This document shows positions 19,665 through 30,216 of a stretch of 64,000 nucleotides of DNA, one piece after another. The position numbers were made by a program, and so were the translations under genes. The DNA comes from an uncultured Dehalococcoidaceae bacterium. Its GTDB lineage: Bacteria > Chloroflexota > Dehalococcoidia > Dehalococcoidales > RBG-16-60-22. The DNA lies in contig CAZCOB010000001.1 of assembly GCA_964500415.1 (NCBI GenBank), forward strand, positions 15,204 through 79,203, in the 5' to 3' direction. Positions within the stretch are counted from its first letter, which is position 1; each line of letters starts with the position of its first letter. The notes beneath the pieces are model-generated. The model was given only the letters and a program-made list of their open reading frames with translations. It was not told where the DNA came from and ran no database searches.

Positions 19665-20852
19665 TCAGTTTTTGCCTTCTTTCACCAAGGGCGCAAGTAT
19701 CAATGTTACCACGACTACCGCTATACTGGCCCAGGTAAAGCAGTTAGAGAAACCGTAATTATCCATCAGGTAGCCCATCAATGGAGCGAGCAGGGCGCTG
19801 CTCTCGGTCATGGAAAAATAATAAATCCCGTAGACCAGGGAACGGTTGCGCTCGGTCGTCTGCCCGATAATGTATGCTTCGGACACCGGCATACGAGTAT
19901 ACATTGCCATGCCGTATACAAAAGACACCACCGCTATTCCCCAGTAATAAGGGGCCCAGTTGAGCATATAAACGGCGGCGGCACTTGCCAGGCAAGATGT
20001 TACCACCAGCGGGACTCTTCCCAGGCGGTCGGAAAGGTAACCGCCCAGCGGACTTATCCAGATACCGGCCGCATTCATTATGACGAGGAAGGACGCAGCC
20101 CCTGTTATACTGGCGCCAAAATTATCGACGGCGTAAAGAGTGATAAATGCGAATACGGAACTGACAATTCCACCCGTTAAGACGCTTAGCAGAAGAAATG
20201 CCACCAGGTGCCGCCCCTTGCCCTTGGGCATTGGTTTGGCTTCCGGGCTGTGATCGAGTTCGCGGCGAGTTTCGCTTGTTTTCTTGGGTCGGCGGGTGAG
20301 TTTTATCATGAATAGTCCACATATCATTGTGGGTATGGCGAGGATAATAAAAGCACTGCGCCATCCGCCGACAGAAGCTATTGCCGTGGCGATAAGTGGG
20401 GTCACCAGAAAGCTGGCGCTGGCTCCCATCTCGTGAAAACCCAGGGCCCGACCGCGATTCTTCCCCGCCGCCGCCGAGACCATCGGCGCCGCAGACGGAT
20501 GGTAGCCGCCTCCCAGAATACCCATCACCACCAGAAAAGACAGCATCATGACATAGGTCCGGGACAGCCCTATAAGTATCCCCCCGGCAGCTACACCACA
20601 TATGCCGATAATCAACAGGATACGCGGCCCGATTCTGTCGGCGAGAAAACCGGCCGGGATTTGGGCAGTTCCGTATGTCCAGGAGAACGATGATTGAATT
20701 AGCGCTGCTCTGGTATAGCTCAGGTTGAATTCGTCGCGGATAAGCGGCAGCAACGGAGCCGGCAATGCGATTAGTATGTGATGAACGAAATGCGCCAGCA
20801 CATAAACGGGAAGAAATCCCTGAAAAATCGAGCGAAGTCGAGATTTTTTAAT
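19665..20852 (-). CDS. MFS transporter, paralog 1, probable ATT start
   Basis: GFLADRIGPR and GYLSDRLGR motif A, YHP; frame stays open to ATT at 20852 with AAGGA 7 nt upstream; the ORF track starts it at GTG 20801. Confidence 0.85.
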   Translation of the reverse strand: MKKSRLRSIFQGFLPVYVLAHFVHHILIALPAPLLPLIRDEFNLSYTRAALIQSSFSWTYGTAQIPAGFLADRIGPRILLIIGICGVAAGGILIGLSRTYVMMLSFLVVMGILGGGYHPSAAPMVSAAAGKNRGRALGFHEMGASASFLVTPLIATAIASVGGWRSAFIILAIPTMICGLFMIKLTRRPKKTSETRRELDHSPEAKPMPKGKGRHLVAFLLLSVLTGGIVSSVFAFITLYAVDNFGASITGAASFLVIMNAAGIWISPLGGYLSDRLGRVPLVVTSCLASAAAVYMLNWAPYYWGIAVVSFVYGMAMYTRMPVSEAYIIGQTTERNRSLVYGIYYFSMTESSALLAPLMGYLMDNYGFSNCFTWASIAVVVVTLILAPLVKEGKN

Positions 20853-20885
20853 GGTCGCGTCCTTTCCACATCGTACTCTTTTTAC

Positions 20886-22592
20886 TTATTTAATTACTCC
20901 GGCGTTATAAACGATATTACCGCCGACTACCGTCATTACGGTTTTTATATTCTGTATTTCATGGGGTTCGATACTCAGAATGTCCTGGTCCAGGATACAG
21001 AGGTCGGCCAGCTTGCCTGCCTCGAGAGAGCCTTTGATTTTTTCCGAGTGGTCCTGCCAGGCACCTTCGATGGTGTACATCCGGATGGCTTCTTCAACGG
21101 TAATACGCTGGTCCGGCCCCCTGACTGTGCCGGTGGCCTTGGACTCCCGGAGCACCGCCGCCTGGATTCCAGCCTGCCAGCTGGGGTAGACTACCGGGGC
21201 ATCAGACCCGGCCGCCAGGTGCGCTCCGGCGTCAAGCATTTTACGCAGCGGGAACTGCCGGGTGGAAAGCTCAATCCCCACCAGCTTATCCATCGCATCG
21301 GAGAAAGTCCATTTTAAGATTGGCTGTACGCCTAGCCCGAAGCCGTGCCGGGCAGCGAATTCGATATACTCATCCGAGATGAAGTCGGCATGGAGAACAT
21401 AATGACGGAGGCCTTTCGGGGCTTCCTTCTCAGCCTGGAGGAACCCGTCGATGGTGGCTTCAATCGCTCTGCCGCCAATGGCGTGGACCCCCACCTGAAA
21501 TCCGTACTTATGGGCAAAGTAAATCATCTTTATCAACTCACTGCGGCGTTCTTCGTCGCTGCTGCCGGGAATAACCAGACTGCCACGACCACTGCCATCG
21601 GGATAGTCATCGTGCATCCAGGCAGTCTTGGTCATAGGGGTACCGTCGGCGAATATCTTGACCCCCGCCACCCGCAGCCATTCGTTACCGAAACCGGTAT
21701 GAATGCCCAGCTGGGGAATAACCTCCCGGAAATCCTCGAAGGTACAGGCGCCGTATTCCCCGAAGAGGTATAGCCAGCCCGCCCTCAGTGTCAGCCTGCC
21801 TTCATTGAGCAGGTCGCTGTAAATCCCGATACAATCGGACCCGAACAGACCCCCCTGGAATTCGTCGCCTCCGGAACCAAGCGCGCCCTCCGTGATGCTG
21901 GTTATACCTAGCGAATTCAGGTCTCTTATCATGGCCTGGATTCCCTGCCGTTTCTCTTCTTTCGTCCAGGGAGGTACCGCCTTCATCACGAGAGCCTGCG
22001 CCGGAAACTCGCTGAAGATACCCGTAAGCTCTCCGGTGGCCGGGTCTTTAGCGATTACCCCGCCCTCCGGGGTCGGTGTGTCTCTGGTAATCCCGGCTGC
22101 CTCCATTGCCCGGCTGTTCACCCACACCTCGTGCTGGGTGTAATGACCGAGTATTACAGGGTTATCCGGAGACACTGCATCCAGGTCCCGGCGGCTCGGG
22201 TAACGCGCCGGGTCTTTTAAGCATTCCTCCAGATAGCCTTCGTCCCAGCCCATACCCCGTATCCACTCACCGGGTCTGGCTTCTTTCGCCTTCTCGGCGA
22301 CAGCCTTCACGATATCACTGATTGATTTTACCGTCGGATAGCCGACATCAAGGGTCAGGGGAGGCCGCGTGCCGCCGTAGAGGGCGGCATGAATATGAGC
22401 GTCATTAATACCCGGCAGCATCGTCCTGCCCTTAAGGTCGATAACCTCGCTTTTAGCGTCGATACATGTTTTAATACCCTCATCCGACCCAACGGCAAGA
22501 ATTTTGTCTCCTTCAACTGCCACCGCTTGAGCGATAGAGAAACTACCGTCAACTGTAATCACCTTTCCGTTGATAAAAACTAAGTTAGCCAT
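20886..22592 (-). CDS. YtcJ-like amidohydrolase (Amidohydro_3), paralog 1
   Basis: PGINDAHIH, KIFADG, HAIG, RHYVLHAD, GSDAPV, GSLEAGKLAD. Confidence 0.9.
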   Translation of the reverse strand: MANLVFINGKVITVDGSFSIAQAVAVEGDKILAVGSDEGIKTCIDAKSEVIDLKGRTMLPGINDAHIHAALYGGTRPPLTLDVGYPTVKSISDIVKAVAEKAKEARPGEWIRGMGWDEGYLEECLKDPARYPSRRDLDAVSPDNPVILGHYTQHEVWVNSRAMEAAGITRDTPTPEGGVIAKDPATGELTGIFSEFPAQALVMKAVPPWTKEEKRQGIQAMIRDLNSLGITSITEGALGSGGDEFQGGLFGSDCIGIYSDLLNEGRLTLRAGWLYLFGEYGACTFEDFREVIPQLGIHTGFGNEWLRVAGVKIFADGTPMTKTAWMHDDYPDGSGRGSLVIPGSSDEERRSELIKMIYFAHKYGFQVGVHAIGGRAIEATIDGFLQAEKEAPKGLRHYVLHADFISDEYIEFAARHGFGLGVQPILKWTFSDAMDKLVGIELSTRQFPLRKMLDAGAHLAAGSDAPVVYPSWQAGIQAAVLRESKATGTVRGPDQRITVEEAIRMYTIEGAWQDHSEKIKGSLEAGKLADLCILDQDILSIEPHEIQNIKTVMTVVGGNIVYNAGVIK

Positions 22593-23002
22593 TACATCGC
22601 CTGCTTTCCGCTAATAATTTCTGCAAAATAGGCAGAATCAAAATGCATCCGGACGCTCTTGATTTTGTCGTCCCTGAATTCATAGATATTGGCGCAGGGT
22701 ATCTCGAACGTTTGCGCATCCCCGCCTCCCACAAGCAGCCACTCAACGGCAACCCGATTACCCTCACCGAAAACGCCCTGCACCCTGGCTTTCACCGGCG
22801 GCAGGTTTGCCAGCCATGTAAAAAAATCCTTTACCTCGTCAAGACCGGAAGCAGTGTTAGTGTCCTTGTAGCCGGCGACCTTCATAACCGGGTCCCATAC
22901 CACGGCGCTGTCGGTATAACAGGCCAGTTTTTTCTCCAGGGTCTCCGGGCCGATACTGAGGACATCGGCAGTAGCTACCTTCTTATTATTTTCTACGCTC
23001 AC
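22592..23002 (-). CDS. NTF2-like / SnoaL-like protein
   Basis: GEGNRVAVEW..IYEFRDDKIKSVRMHFD fold pattern. Confidence 0.8.
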   Translation of the reverse strand: MSVENNKKVATADVLSIGPETLEKKLACYTDSAVVWDPVMKVAGYKDTNTASGLDEVKDFFTWLANLPPVKARVQGVFGEGNRVAVEWLLVGGGDAQTFEIPCANIYEFRDDKIKSVRMHFDSAYFAEIISGKQAM

Positions 23003-23024
23003 AGAATTCCTCCATCCCGATTTA

Positions 23025-23495
23025 TTATTTGTATTGCCCCGGATTCTTTATGGCATCATCTTCAGCCGTGGGATATTTATCGGTCAAAGCAAATACCACC
23101 AGCAGGAACGGCTTATCGACACGTTTATGCATGAAGGGGCAGTGTGGCACGCCTTTCGGTACGAAAATCGTAGTCGTCTTACTAAAAGTGTGTTTTTCAT
23201 CGCCGATGTGAAATTCAATCTCGCCGCCCAACTCCCGCGGGCGCTCCGGGTCAGTCCCGATAAAACAGAGGACTTCGTCAAAATCATGGGTATGCGTCCA
23301 TTCCACGGGATCCGGCTCTGGTATCTGAAAACACCATCCGATATCTACCACCGCCGGTGAGCCTGCAATGATGTCGCCGTCGAGATAAATCTCGTCGGGG
23401 AAGGTTACTCCTTTGACGTTCTTAACCGGGTGGTAAGCAACACTTTCCACCCTGGGTTCGGTGATGAAGTATTTACCGTATTTGCTTTCCCCCAT
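23025..23495 (-). CDS. Uncharacterised cupin-like protein, paralog 2
   Basis: HTHDFDE..GTDPERPRELGGEIE..EKH..VPKGVPHCP. Confidence 0.8.
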   Translation of the reverse strand: MGESKYGKYFITEPRVESVAYHPVKNVKGVTFPDEIYLDGDIIAGSPAVVDIGWCFQIPEPDPVEWTHTHDFDEVLCFIGTDPERPRELGGEIEFHIGDEKHTFSKTTTIFVPKGVPHCPFMHKRVDKPFLLVVFALTDKYPTAEDDAIKNPGQYK

Positions 23496-23573
23496 TTTGT
23501 ATCACACCTTTCTTCCAGATATCGGCTTATAATAACAAATATCGATAAAAATTCTCCGGTCAGGATTCATATT

Positions 23574-24950
23574 TCAGTGTTTTCTACAGACATCCAGAAC
23601 AATATCAACCGCCTTTTCCAGATATTCTTTAGTGATGGTCAAGGGGGGCATGAAACGTATCACATTATGGTAGCGACCGCAGGGGACGGCGATTACGCCC
23701 CGGTCAAGCAGCCCGGACAATATTTTGCCCATGTCATCGGCGGGGAGGGGTTCCCTGGTTTCCTTGTTCTTCACCAGCTCCACCCCGATGAACAAACCCC
23801 GACCTCGGACATCCCCAACAATATTAATTTTCTTTGATTCTTCTTTAAGCCTGGCTTCTATTTCTTCACCCAGCTTGGCGGCCCTGCCCATCAGGTCGTA
23901 ATTCTTATCGGTCAGTATATCGATATTGGTCATGCAGACAGCGGCGGAGAGAGCGTTCCCGGCAAATGTACCCGGCTGGGAAGCCTCTACCAGTTTATCG
24001 GCAAAATCGGCTTTAAACGTAAGACCGGCCATCGGGAGGTCGCCACCCAGTCCCTTGCCCCATATAAGCATGTCCGGGACGACATCACTAAACTCGATAG
24101 ACCACATTTTACCGCTGCGTCCCGCCCCTGCCTGGACTTCATCGGCGATAAACAAGGCACCGCATTTTTCGCAGGCTTTCTTCAATGTCTCCATATAACC
24201 CGGCGGCGGTACCAGGTAGCCTCCCTCCCCCTGCAGCGGCTCCACGATGAGTGCGGCGACGTCATCAGCCGCAGTGTAAGGGGTATTGAGCACATAATCG
24301 ACGTATTTAGCACATTGGAGGTCACAGCTCGGGTACTCCAGGCCAAAGCAGCAGCGGTAACAATAGGCATAAGGCACGTGGATTACATAGGGCATGAGAG
24401 GACCGTAACCATGATGGTACTGGTCCCCGGTGGTCAGCGCCCCGGAACCGCACCACACCCCGTGATAGGCGCCGTGAAAAGCGACAATCTGCGCCCTCCC
24501 GGTCAAATGACGAGCGAACTTTATGGCTGTTTCCACAGCTCCGCTGCCGCTCTGGGTAAAGTAACTGACACAATTGCCACGCAAACCTTCAGGCATGATA
24601 TCGGATATTTTCCTAGCTAATTCCGTACGACGGGTATTAACCGCTTCAGCGGCGTGCATAATTTTACCCAACTGCCCCTCCATGGCCTGGACTACTCTGG
24701 GGTGTCTGCGTCCCACAGAATTTACCGCTACCCCGGCGGACATATCGATGAAAATGTTTCCGTCGGGGTCTTTCACCGCGGCGCCCATACCCTCGTCAAA
24801 AACCGGAGGAGCCGCGCTGCCGGGTCGGGTTAAAGACTCGTATTTGGGTACGTCTTTCAACACCTTGAGACTCTTGGGGCCGGGAATAGCGGTTATTATT
24901 TCCGGAGCTCCGGGGTAGGATAATTTAGCGAGTTCTGCTTCTGATATCAC
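23574..24950 (-). CDS. Class III PLP aminotransferase (GabT-like omega-transaminase)
   Basis: SGSGAVETA, FHGAYHG, EPLQGEGG, FIADEVQAGAGRSG, WGKGLGG. Confidence 0.92.
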   Translation of the reverse strand: MISEAELAKLSYPGAPEIITAIPGPKSLKVLKDVPKYESLTRPGSAAPPVFDEGMGAAVKDPDGNIFIDMSAGVAVNSVGRRHPRVVQAMEGQLGKIMHAAEAVNTRRTELARKISDIMPEGLRGNCVSYFTQSGSGAVETAIKFARHLTGRAQIVAFHGAYHGVWCGSGALTTGDQYHHGYGPLMPYVIHVPYAYCYRCCFGLEYPSCDLQCAKYVDYVLNTPYTAADDVAALIVEPLQGEGGYLVPPPGYMETLKKACEKCGALFIADEVQAGAGRSGKMWSIEFSDVVPDMLIWGKGLGGDLPMAGLTFKADFADKLVEASQPGTFAGNALSAAVCMTNIDILTDKNYDLMGRAAKLGEEIEARLKEESKKINIVGDVRGRGLFIGVELVKNKETREPLPADDMGKILSGLLDRGVIAVPCGRYHNVIRFMPPLTITKEYLEKAVDIVLDVCRKH

Positions 24951-25031
24951 AATTTTACCCTCCTTGTTAAGGATGTATTATGTAAATTTATATCGTACGA
25001 CTATTCTATAATCACAGGTATAAATACCTGA

Positions 25032-25862
25032 TTAAAAGCCGTTACCGCGAGATAATTGACCGCCGTCTATATAGATAGTCTGTCCCGTAACCCAGTCGGA
25101 TGCCTCTGATGCAAGATATACCACCAGCAGTCCGATTTCACGTATTTCACCTAATCGCCCCAGAGGAACCCTCTCCAGTATTGCCTTCTTTCTCTCCGGG
25201 TCATCGAGCACGGGCGCGCTTAATTCGGTATGAACGCTCCCGGGACCGACGGCATTAACGCAGATGTTATAAGGGGCCCACTCCGTGGCCAGGCAGCGGG
25301 TAAACATACTCAGGCCGGCTTTACTGACACAATATGCCGAAAAATAAGGAGGAGCCAGCTCGGCACTGTTCGAACTGATGTTAATGACTTTCCCCTTTTG
25401 CCGCCCCATCATATGCGGACCCACAGCCTGCGCGAAGAGAAAGGCACTGGTCAAATTGGTATTTAAAACAAGGTGCCATTCTTCTTCGGTTAGCGGTGTA
25501 TCCCAGCTATCTGCGGTCTGCCAGCCCTCGAGCTTCATCCCGGCTACGAAAGCAATGGGTTTGAGAATGGGTATGCCGGCATTATTTACGAGGATATCTA
25601 TTTTACCGAATTCTGAAACGGTTTTGGTAACTGCATTTTCCACGTGCTCTTTCTTGAGCACGTCGGTCGGAACAACCAGTACGCTACGCCCCAACTTGCG
25701 TATCTCTTTAGCCGCGTTTTCTAGCTGCTCCTCGGTGCGAGCCGCCAGGGTAACGTTCGCGCCGGCCTCAGCGAGAGTCTGGGCAATCCCCCTGCCGATG
25801 CCCCTTCCCGCCCCTGTTACGATAGCTACCTTGCCTTGAAGACTGTATTCCTTAAGAATCAC
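25032..25862 (-). CDS. SDR family oxidoreductase
   Basis: TGAGRGIG, NNAG, YCVSK, NAVGPG. Confidence 0.92.
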   Translation of the reverse strand: MILKEYSLQGKVAIVTGAGRGIGRGIAQTLAEAGANVTLAARTEEQLENAAKEIRKLGRSVLVVPTDVLKKEHVENAVTKTVSEFGKIDILVNNAGIPILKPIAFVAGMKLEGWQTADSWDTPLTEEEWHLVLNTNLTSAFLFAQAVGPHMMGRQKGKVINISSNSAELAPPYFSAYCVSKAGLSMFTRCLATEWAPYNICVNAVGPGSVHTELSAPVLDDPERKKAILERVPLGRLGEIREIGLLVVYLASEASDWVTGQTIYIDGGQLSRGNGF

Positions 25863-26929
25863 TTATCTCCTGATTTCTTATAATCGCTGATTAACCTCTT
25901 TACCTCGTCATAAACTGCACGAGCCGGTAATCCCATATCTTCAACTTCTTCCATCCACGCTAACGTAACCGATTCAGCGGTTTTCCTCCACTCTTCTATT
26001 TCTTCATCATTAAGAGTCGAGAAAGTATTACCCAGCTTCTTAGCTTCATTGATTGCCTTTACAATCTCAGCTTCATCTATTGAAATATACTTTTCCTCAA
26101 TCCAGGAAGAATTGCCTAAAATAATTTCCCGGATATCCTCAGGAAGCTTATTCCAGACTACCTCGTTTGCCCACATGCCATGCATGCCCATGCTGATACC
26201 GGCATCGCCGAAATCCGTATGATAATGGAAAAGGGGAATGAGACCGTAGCCACTGACGGCCGACCAGTGTACCATGATACTGTCGGCAAGGCCTGTTTCC
26301 AGGGATGTTTCCCAATCAGGTGGCCCCACGCTGGTAATCGGGGTGGCACCTGCGTTAGTTGCAATTTCAGCCAGGCGACCGGACGTAATAACTTTTATAC
26401 CTTTGTAATCCGCGGGGATACGTACTTCACGGTTAACCATATGTATCTGATTGGGCGGCATACTGCATATCCATAACAACCTGGTACCTTCAAATTCCGC
26501 TTCTAACTCCGGGAATTTGGGAAATATTTCATGGTATATATCAGTTGCCATTTGCATATCTTCCCACCCCATGAACGGCAAGCCGGTGAAGCCGTTAAGA
26601 GCGTGCAGCGCAGGGTCTTCACCGAAACCGATTACGAAATAACCGATATCAGTCATACCCGTTTGGATGGCCTTCCAGGTATCGCTCGCTTTTACCAGAG
26701 ACTGGCCCCAGTAAAAGGTAAATTTTACCCTGCCGCCGCTCTGTTCCTCGATAATTTCCGCCCATTCTTCATTGACCTTGGAGATGGGTAGCTGGGACGG
26801 ACCCCAGGTAGAAACCTTTAGCTCTAGCGGCTTTTCTACCGTTGGCTGCGGAGCATTTTCAGCGCATCCTCCAAGGACCGCCAGACCTGTAAGCAGTAAC
26901 GTTAGAAATATTGTTATATTTTTTTTCAT
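25859..26929 (-). CDS. dctP: TRAP substrate-binding lipoprotein (DctP family), orphan
   Basis: Lipobox LGGC; SGGRVKFTFY, GLPF, DYKGIKVI, SLETGLAD; no DctQ/DctM in the window. Confidence 0.85.
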   Translation of the reverse strand: MKKNITIFLTLLLTGLAVLGGCAENAPQPTVEKPLELKVSTWGPSQLPISKVNEEWAEIIEEQSGGRVKFTFYWGQSLVKASDTWKAIQTGMTDIGYFVIGFGEDPALHALNGFTGLPFMGWEDMQMATDIYHEIFPKFPELEAEFEGTRLLWICSMPPNQIHMVNREVRIPADYKGIKVITSGRLAEIATNAGATPITSVGPPDWETSLETGLADSIMVHWSAVSGYGLIPLFHYHTDFGDAGISMGMHGMWANEVVWNKLPEDIREIILGNSSWIEEKYISIDEAEIVKAINEAKKLGNTFSTLNDEEIEEWRKTAESVTLAWMEEVEDMGLPARAVYDEVKRLISDYKKSGDK

Positions 26930-27009
26930 ATTCCATTATTCCTTGATAAGGCGTAAGGTGAAATAATATATAAGATTGTCAAATAATAATAAAAGATTTT
27001 TAGCAACCA

Positions 27010-27096
27010 GATATTGCTTTCAGAGTATATCATACAGCCATGTACTTCAAGATACTATTAGTCTCTATCTTTTGGACTACAAAGTATATCTTTTGG
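27010..27096 (-). promoter_or_regulatory. Regulon promoter block A, driving the dctP operon
   Basis: Gene-strand GTCCAAAAGATAGAGACTAATAGTATCTTGAAG-N15-TATACT; homologous to blocks B and C. Confidence 0.75.
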
Positions 27097-27153
27097 CTGA
27101 AACGAAGACGTGTCAAGTATCAATTTTAACCGCTTTTTGTTAAAATACAGATT

Positions 27154-27861
27154 ATGAACGACATTGTCCCAGCAGCAGAACAAAATAATGAAGAACCGAA
27201 AAAGACTTCAATTATTCTGGCAGACGACCACCCAATCGTGCGCAAAGCTCTCAGGAACGACCTCGAAAAAGAAGTTGATTTTATTGTTCTGGCAGAGGCC
27301 GGCGATGGTGAAGAGGCCGTGACACTTGTTTCCGAGCTAATCCCAGATGTAGTGATTATGGATATCGGAATGCCTAGGATAAACGGCATAGAAGCAACTC
27401 GACAAATAAAATCAACCCACCCTGACATCATCGTACTGGTTCTTACCGTCTATGATGACGTCGAACATATACTCGGTATACTTGAATCCGGGGCTGACGG
27501 GTACCTGACAAAGAATATACTGGTCGAAGACATCATTAAATCCATACGTTCCGTTGTAGCCGGCGAAACGGTACTATCTCCTCAGGTTTTTCAACAAGTA
27601 TTAAAATACGCTCTTAGACACAGTATTAAACCTATACGTTTAGATACCGGAGTGAAGCTTACCGCGCGTGAACTGGAAATTCTTCAATTAATCGCAAGGG
27701 GTATCAGCAACAAAGAAATAGCGAATGAGTTGAATATAAGTTCACGCACTGTAAAGAGTCACATGGTTGATATATTTCGTAAGTTAGACGTGTCCTCCAG
27801 GACAGAGGCAGTTATTACTTCACTAAGAATCGGCTTCATTAATATTAATAATATCGGCTGA
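27154..27861 (+). CDS. NarL/LuxR-family response regulator
   Basis: ADDH, PDVVIMDI, GYLTK, LTARELEIL..NKEIA..TVKSH. Confidence 0.95.
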   Translation: MNDIVPAAEQNNEEPKKTSIILADDHPIVRKALRNDLEKEVDFIVLAEAGDGEEAVTLVSELIPDVVIMDIGMPRINGIEATRQIKSTHPDIIVLVLTVYDDVEHILGILESGADGYLTKNILVEDIIKSIRSVVAGETVLSPQVFQQVLKYALRHSIKPIRLDTGVKLTARELEILQLIARGISNKEIANELNISSRTVKSHMVDIFRKLDVSSRTEAVITSLRIGFININNIG

Positions 27862-27873
27862 TAAGGCACTGGT

Positions 27874-28965
27874 ATGAAGCGGCTTGCAGACATAAAATTC
27901 GCAGACGGAATTAGCATATTCCGTAATTTTCACTTCTGGGCCATAGTAATTATTATGCTTGGCCTAACTTTCATGTATTACTCTGATATTTTATTTATCA
28001 ATCTTTTTAACCAGAGATGGAGCTGGTTGTGGCACCTGGTAATTTTTGAATTTAACAATGATATACACGGCAGCCTTTTTGTCATCCCGTTTGTATACGC
28101 AGCGGTAATATTCTGGTGGCGCGGTATTCTACTTACGTGGCTATTTACCATGGTCGTAATGATACCCAGAATTTACTACTACGCGCCTGACATTAACTCG
28201 TTAATCACCAATATATTCTTGTTATTAGTGCCACTACTGATTGTGGCTATCCTGGCCTTACAGATAAAGTGGAGGGAGGCCGAAAAGAAGGCATCAATAG
28301 AACGCGAAAAAGAACGTCAGGCTTACATGGCTCGTATCTTTATCTCTCAAGAAGAAGAGAGAAAAAGGATTTCAAGAGAGATTCACGATGATACAACACA
28401 GAGGTTATGGATAGTAGCAAATGACGTGCGGAGGCTGGCAGTTGATAAAATCCGCAGTATTGATTCCCAAACAGGGGACGATCTCGAAGCGATTAAGGAC
28501 ACCGTGTTAAATATAGCTGAGGATACGAAAAGGTTAAGTCTTGCCCTAAGGCCTGGTATACTGGATGACCTTGGTCTCGTCCCGGCGATGAGGTGGCTGG
28601 TCGACCAACTAAATAGAGACGATTCTGTCCAGGCAAAGGTATCTGTGGAGGGCCGCCAACGTTCGCTAAACCAGGAGATTAACAATCATTTATTCCGTAT
28701 TGTCCAGGAAGCCTTGAACAATATAAGGCGACACGCAAAAGCAACTGAAGTGAACGTTAAACTTGTATTTTCTAAAGAGACCGTAAAATTATTAGTTCAA
28801 GACAATGGCAAAGGTTTTGTATTTAAAGATATTGACAATTTCCCACATCAGGAAAGAATAGGGATAATAGGAATGCAGGAAAGAGCCAGATTGCTTAAAA
28901 GTAATTTACAAATTTCTTCCAAGTCGGGTAAAGGTACAACTGTTTCGGTTGAATTCAGAGAGTAG
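27874..28965 (+). CDS. HisKA_3 sensor histidine kinase, intramembrane-sensing type
   Basis: About 4 N-terminal TM segments with short loops; QEEERKRISREIHD, QEALNN, DNGKG, GIIGMQER, GKGT. Confidence 0.94.
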   Translation: MKRLADIKFADGISIFRNFHFWAIVIIMLGLTFMYYSDILFINLFNQRWSWLWHLVIFEFNNDIHGSLFVIPFVYAAVIFWWRGILLTWLFTMVVMIPRIYYYAPDINSLITNIFLLLVPLLIVAILALQIKWREAEKKASIEREKERQAYMARIFISQEEERKRISREIHDDTTQRLWIVANDVRRLAVDKIRSIDSQTGDDLEAIKDTVLNIAEDTKRLSLALRPGILDDLGLVPAMRWLVDQLNRDDSVQAKVSVEGRQRSLNQEINNHLFRIVQEALNNIRRHAKATEVNVKLVFSKETVKLLVQDNGKGFVFKDIDNFPHQERIGIIGMQERARLLKSNLQISSKSGKGTTVSVEFRE

Positions 28966-29000
28966 ACCGTATACTAATTAAATCCATCACGGCTAATACA

Positions 29001-30071
29001 TTAATTCAACTTATACTCTAAGTATTCATATTTACAGGGTTGTCCCCAGGTAGCATACAGCACTCCGTCTTCCGGCACCATGATTTCCGCGGCGAGCGTC
29101 TCGCCAAGCTGCACTTCCATGTCGGTGTGTTTACAGATAGAACGCGGGTAATCGGTATGGTCGGTCAGGAACTCTTCCATTAACTCGACAGTCAGTTCGC
29201 CGTAGTGTTCTTCCATGAGCCTCTTTAACCGTTGGATACGAACGTAACTGTCTCCCTCCATGAAACCGAACATTTTATCGCCCTTCTTAAATCTCTCCGT
29301 GATGTAATGGTTCGTGTGGACCAGCATGTCTCTTTCCGGCTGTATCACGTTATAGTCGCCCGGCCTGGTCTCAATTCCGATTATATCCCCCTCGGCGCTG
29401 GCAAAACCGTAGTAGAGTATACTGCGCCCGGCCCCACATACGACCCCCAGGGCATCACCAATCCTCTTCTGCCTCATCGCCTTCGGTATTACACAAGCAC
29501 AGGGTACGTTGAGTGTCTGCTGTTCGGCAGGACTCAACATGACATTTAAAACCATCCCCAGACCCGCCGTGGTCAGGGATAGCTCCCCGACTCCTCCGCC
29601 TGCGAACACCAGGGATAACTGCTCCAGGCCATCCGGGAATTTCGTTTTCACCAGGTCTATGCTGATTCCGGGATTGAGGTCGTACGTCTGCCCGATGATA
29701 GTCTTGCCTCCCCTGGTCGCATTCCCCGTGGCTATGAAAGACGTACAGAGCGCCGCTATACGCTGGTAATACATGCCTACCTCAAGCCTGCACCTCAACG
29801 CGAAAACCTCATCAAAACTCACCCCCGCTCCATCTGCCTGTCCCTTCAGCGTTTCAATTAACTCCGGGTCGAAACTCTCTACCAGCGGGAGATACTTCCT
29901 GGCATTGGCAATAATGTCTTCCTTGCCGGTTTTCTGAAACATGCTGATATCACTGAAAAGCGAATCGATAGAACCGATAAGGCTGTCCCGGCAGTACTCG
30001 CCATACTGCCTGCCGATTTCGTAAAAACTACCGCTACATTCGATTAATTTGTACTCTTTCCTTTCCTTCAC
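29001..30071 (-). CDS. C45 family autoproteolytic acyltransferase/hydrolase, paralog 1
   Basis: ALCTSF cleavage-site Cys, GQTYD, HTNHY, SICKH. Confidence 0.88.
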   Translation of the reverse strand: MKERKEYKLIECSGSFYEIGRQYGEYCRDSLIGSIDSLFSDISMFQKTGKEDIIANARKYLPLVESFDPELIETLKGQADGAGVSFDEVFALRCRLEVGMYYQRIAALCTSFIATGNATRGGKTIIGQTYDLNPGISIDLVKTKFPDGLEQLSLVFAGGGVGELSLTTAGLGMVLNVMLSPAEQQTLNVPCACVIPKAMRQKRIGDALGVVCGAGRSILYYGFASAEGDIIGIETRPGDYNVIQPERDMLVHTNHYITERFKKGDKMFGFMEGDSYVRIQRLKRLMEEHYGELTVELMEEFLTDHTDYPRSICKHTDMEVQLGETLAAEIMVPEDGVLYATWGQPCKYEYLEYKLN

Positions 30072-30216
30072 CTACTGCTCCTTTTTCCCGTCATCCAGTA
30101 ATAATACGCATAATCACTCTCAATGTACACCGCAATACAGTCAGGCATACAGGCCAGATATGCACTCCCGCTGAATTTAAGGATAAAGCTAAAATTCTTA
30201 TGAATAACCTGTATTT

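Noticed and set aside
20801-20872. Frameshift at the MFS1 5' end (GTG near 20870 in another frame)
   Set aside because: An in-frame ATT with a well-spaced SD, mirrored in MFS2, explains it without a frameshift
30072-30150. 26-codon uORF overlapping the C45 start
   Set aside because: No RBS and no informative composition; likely chance
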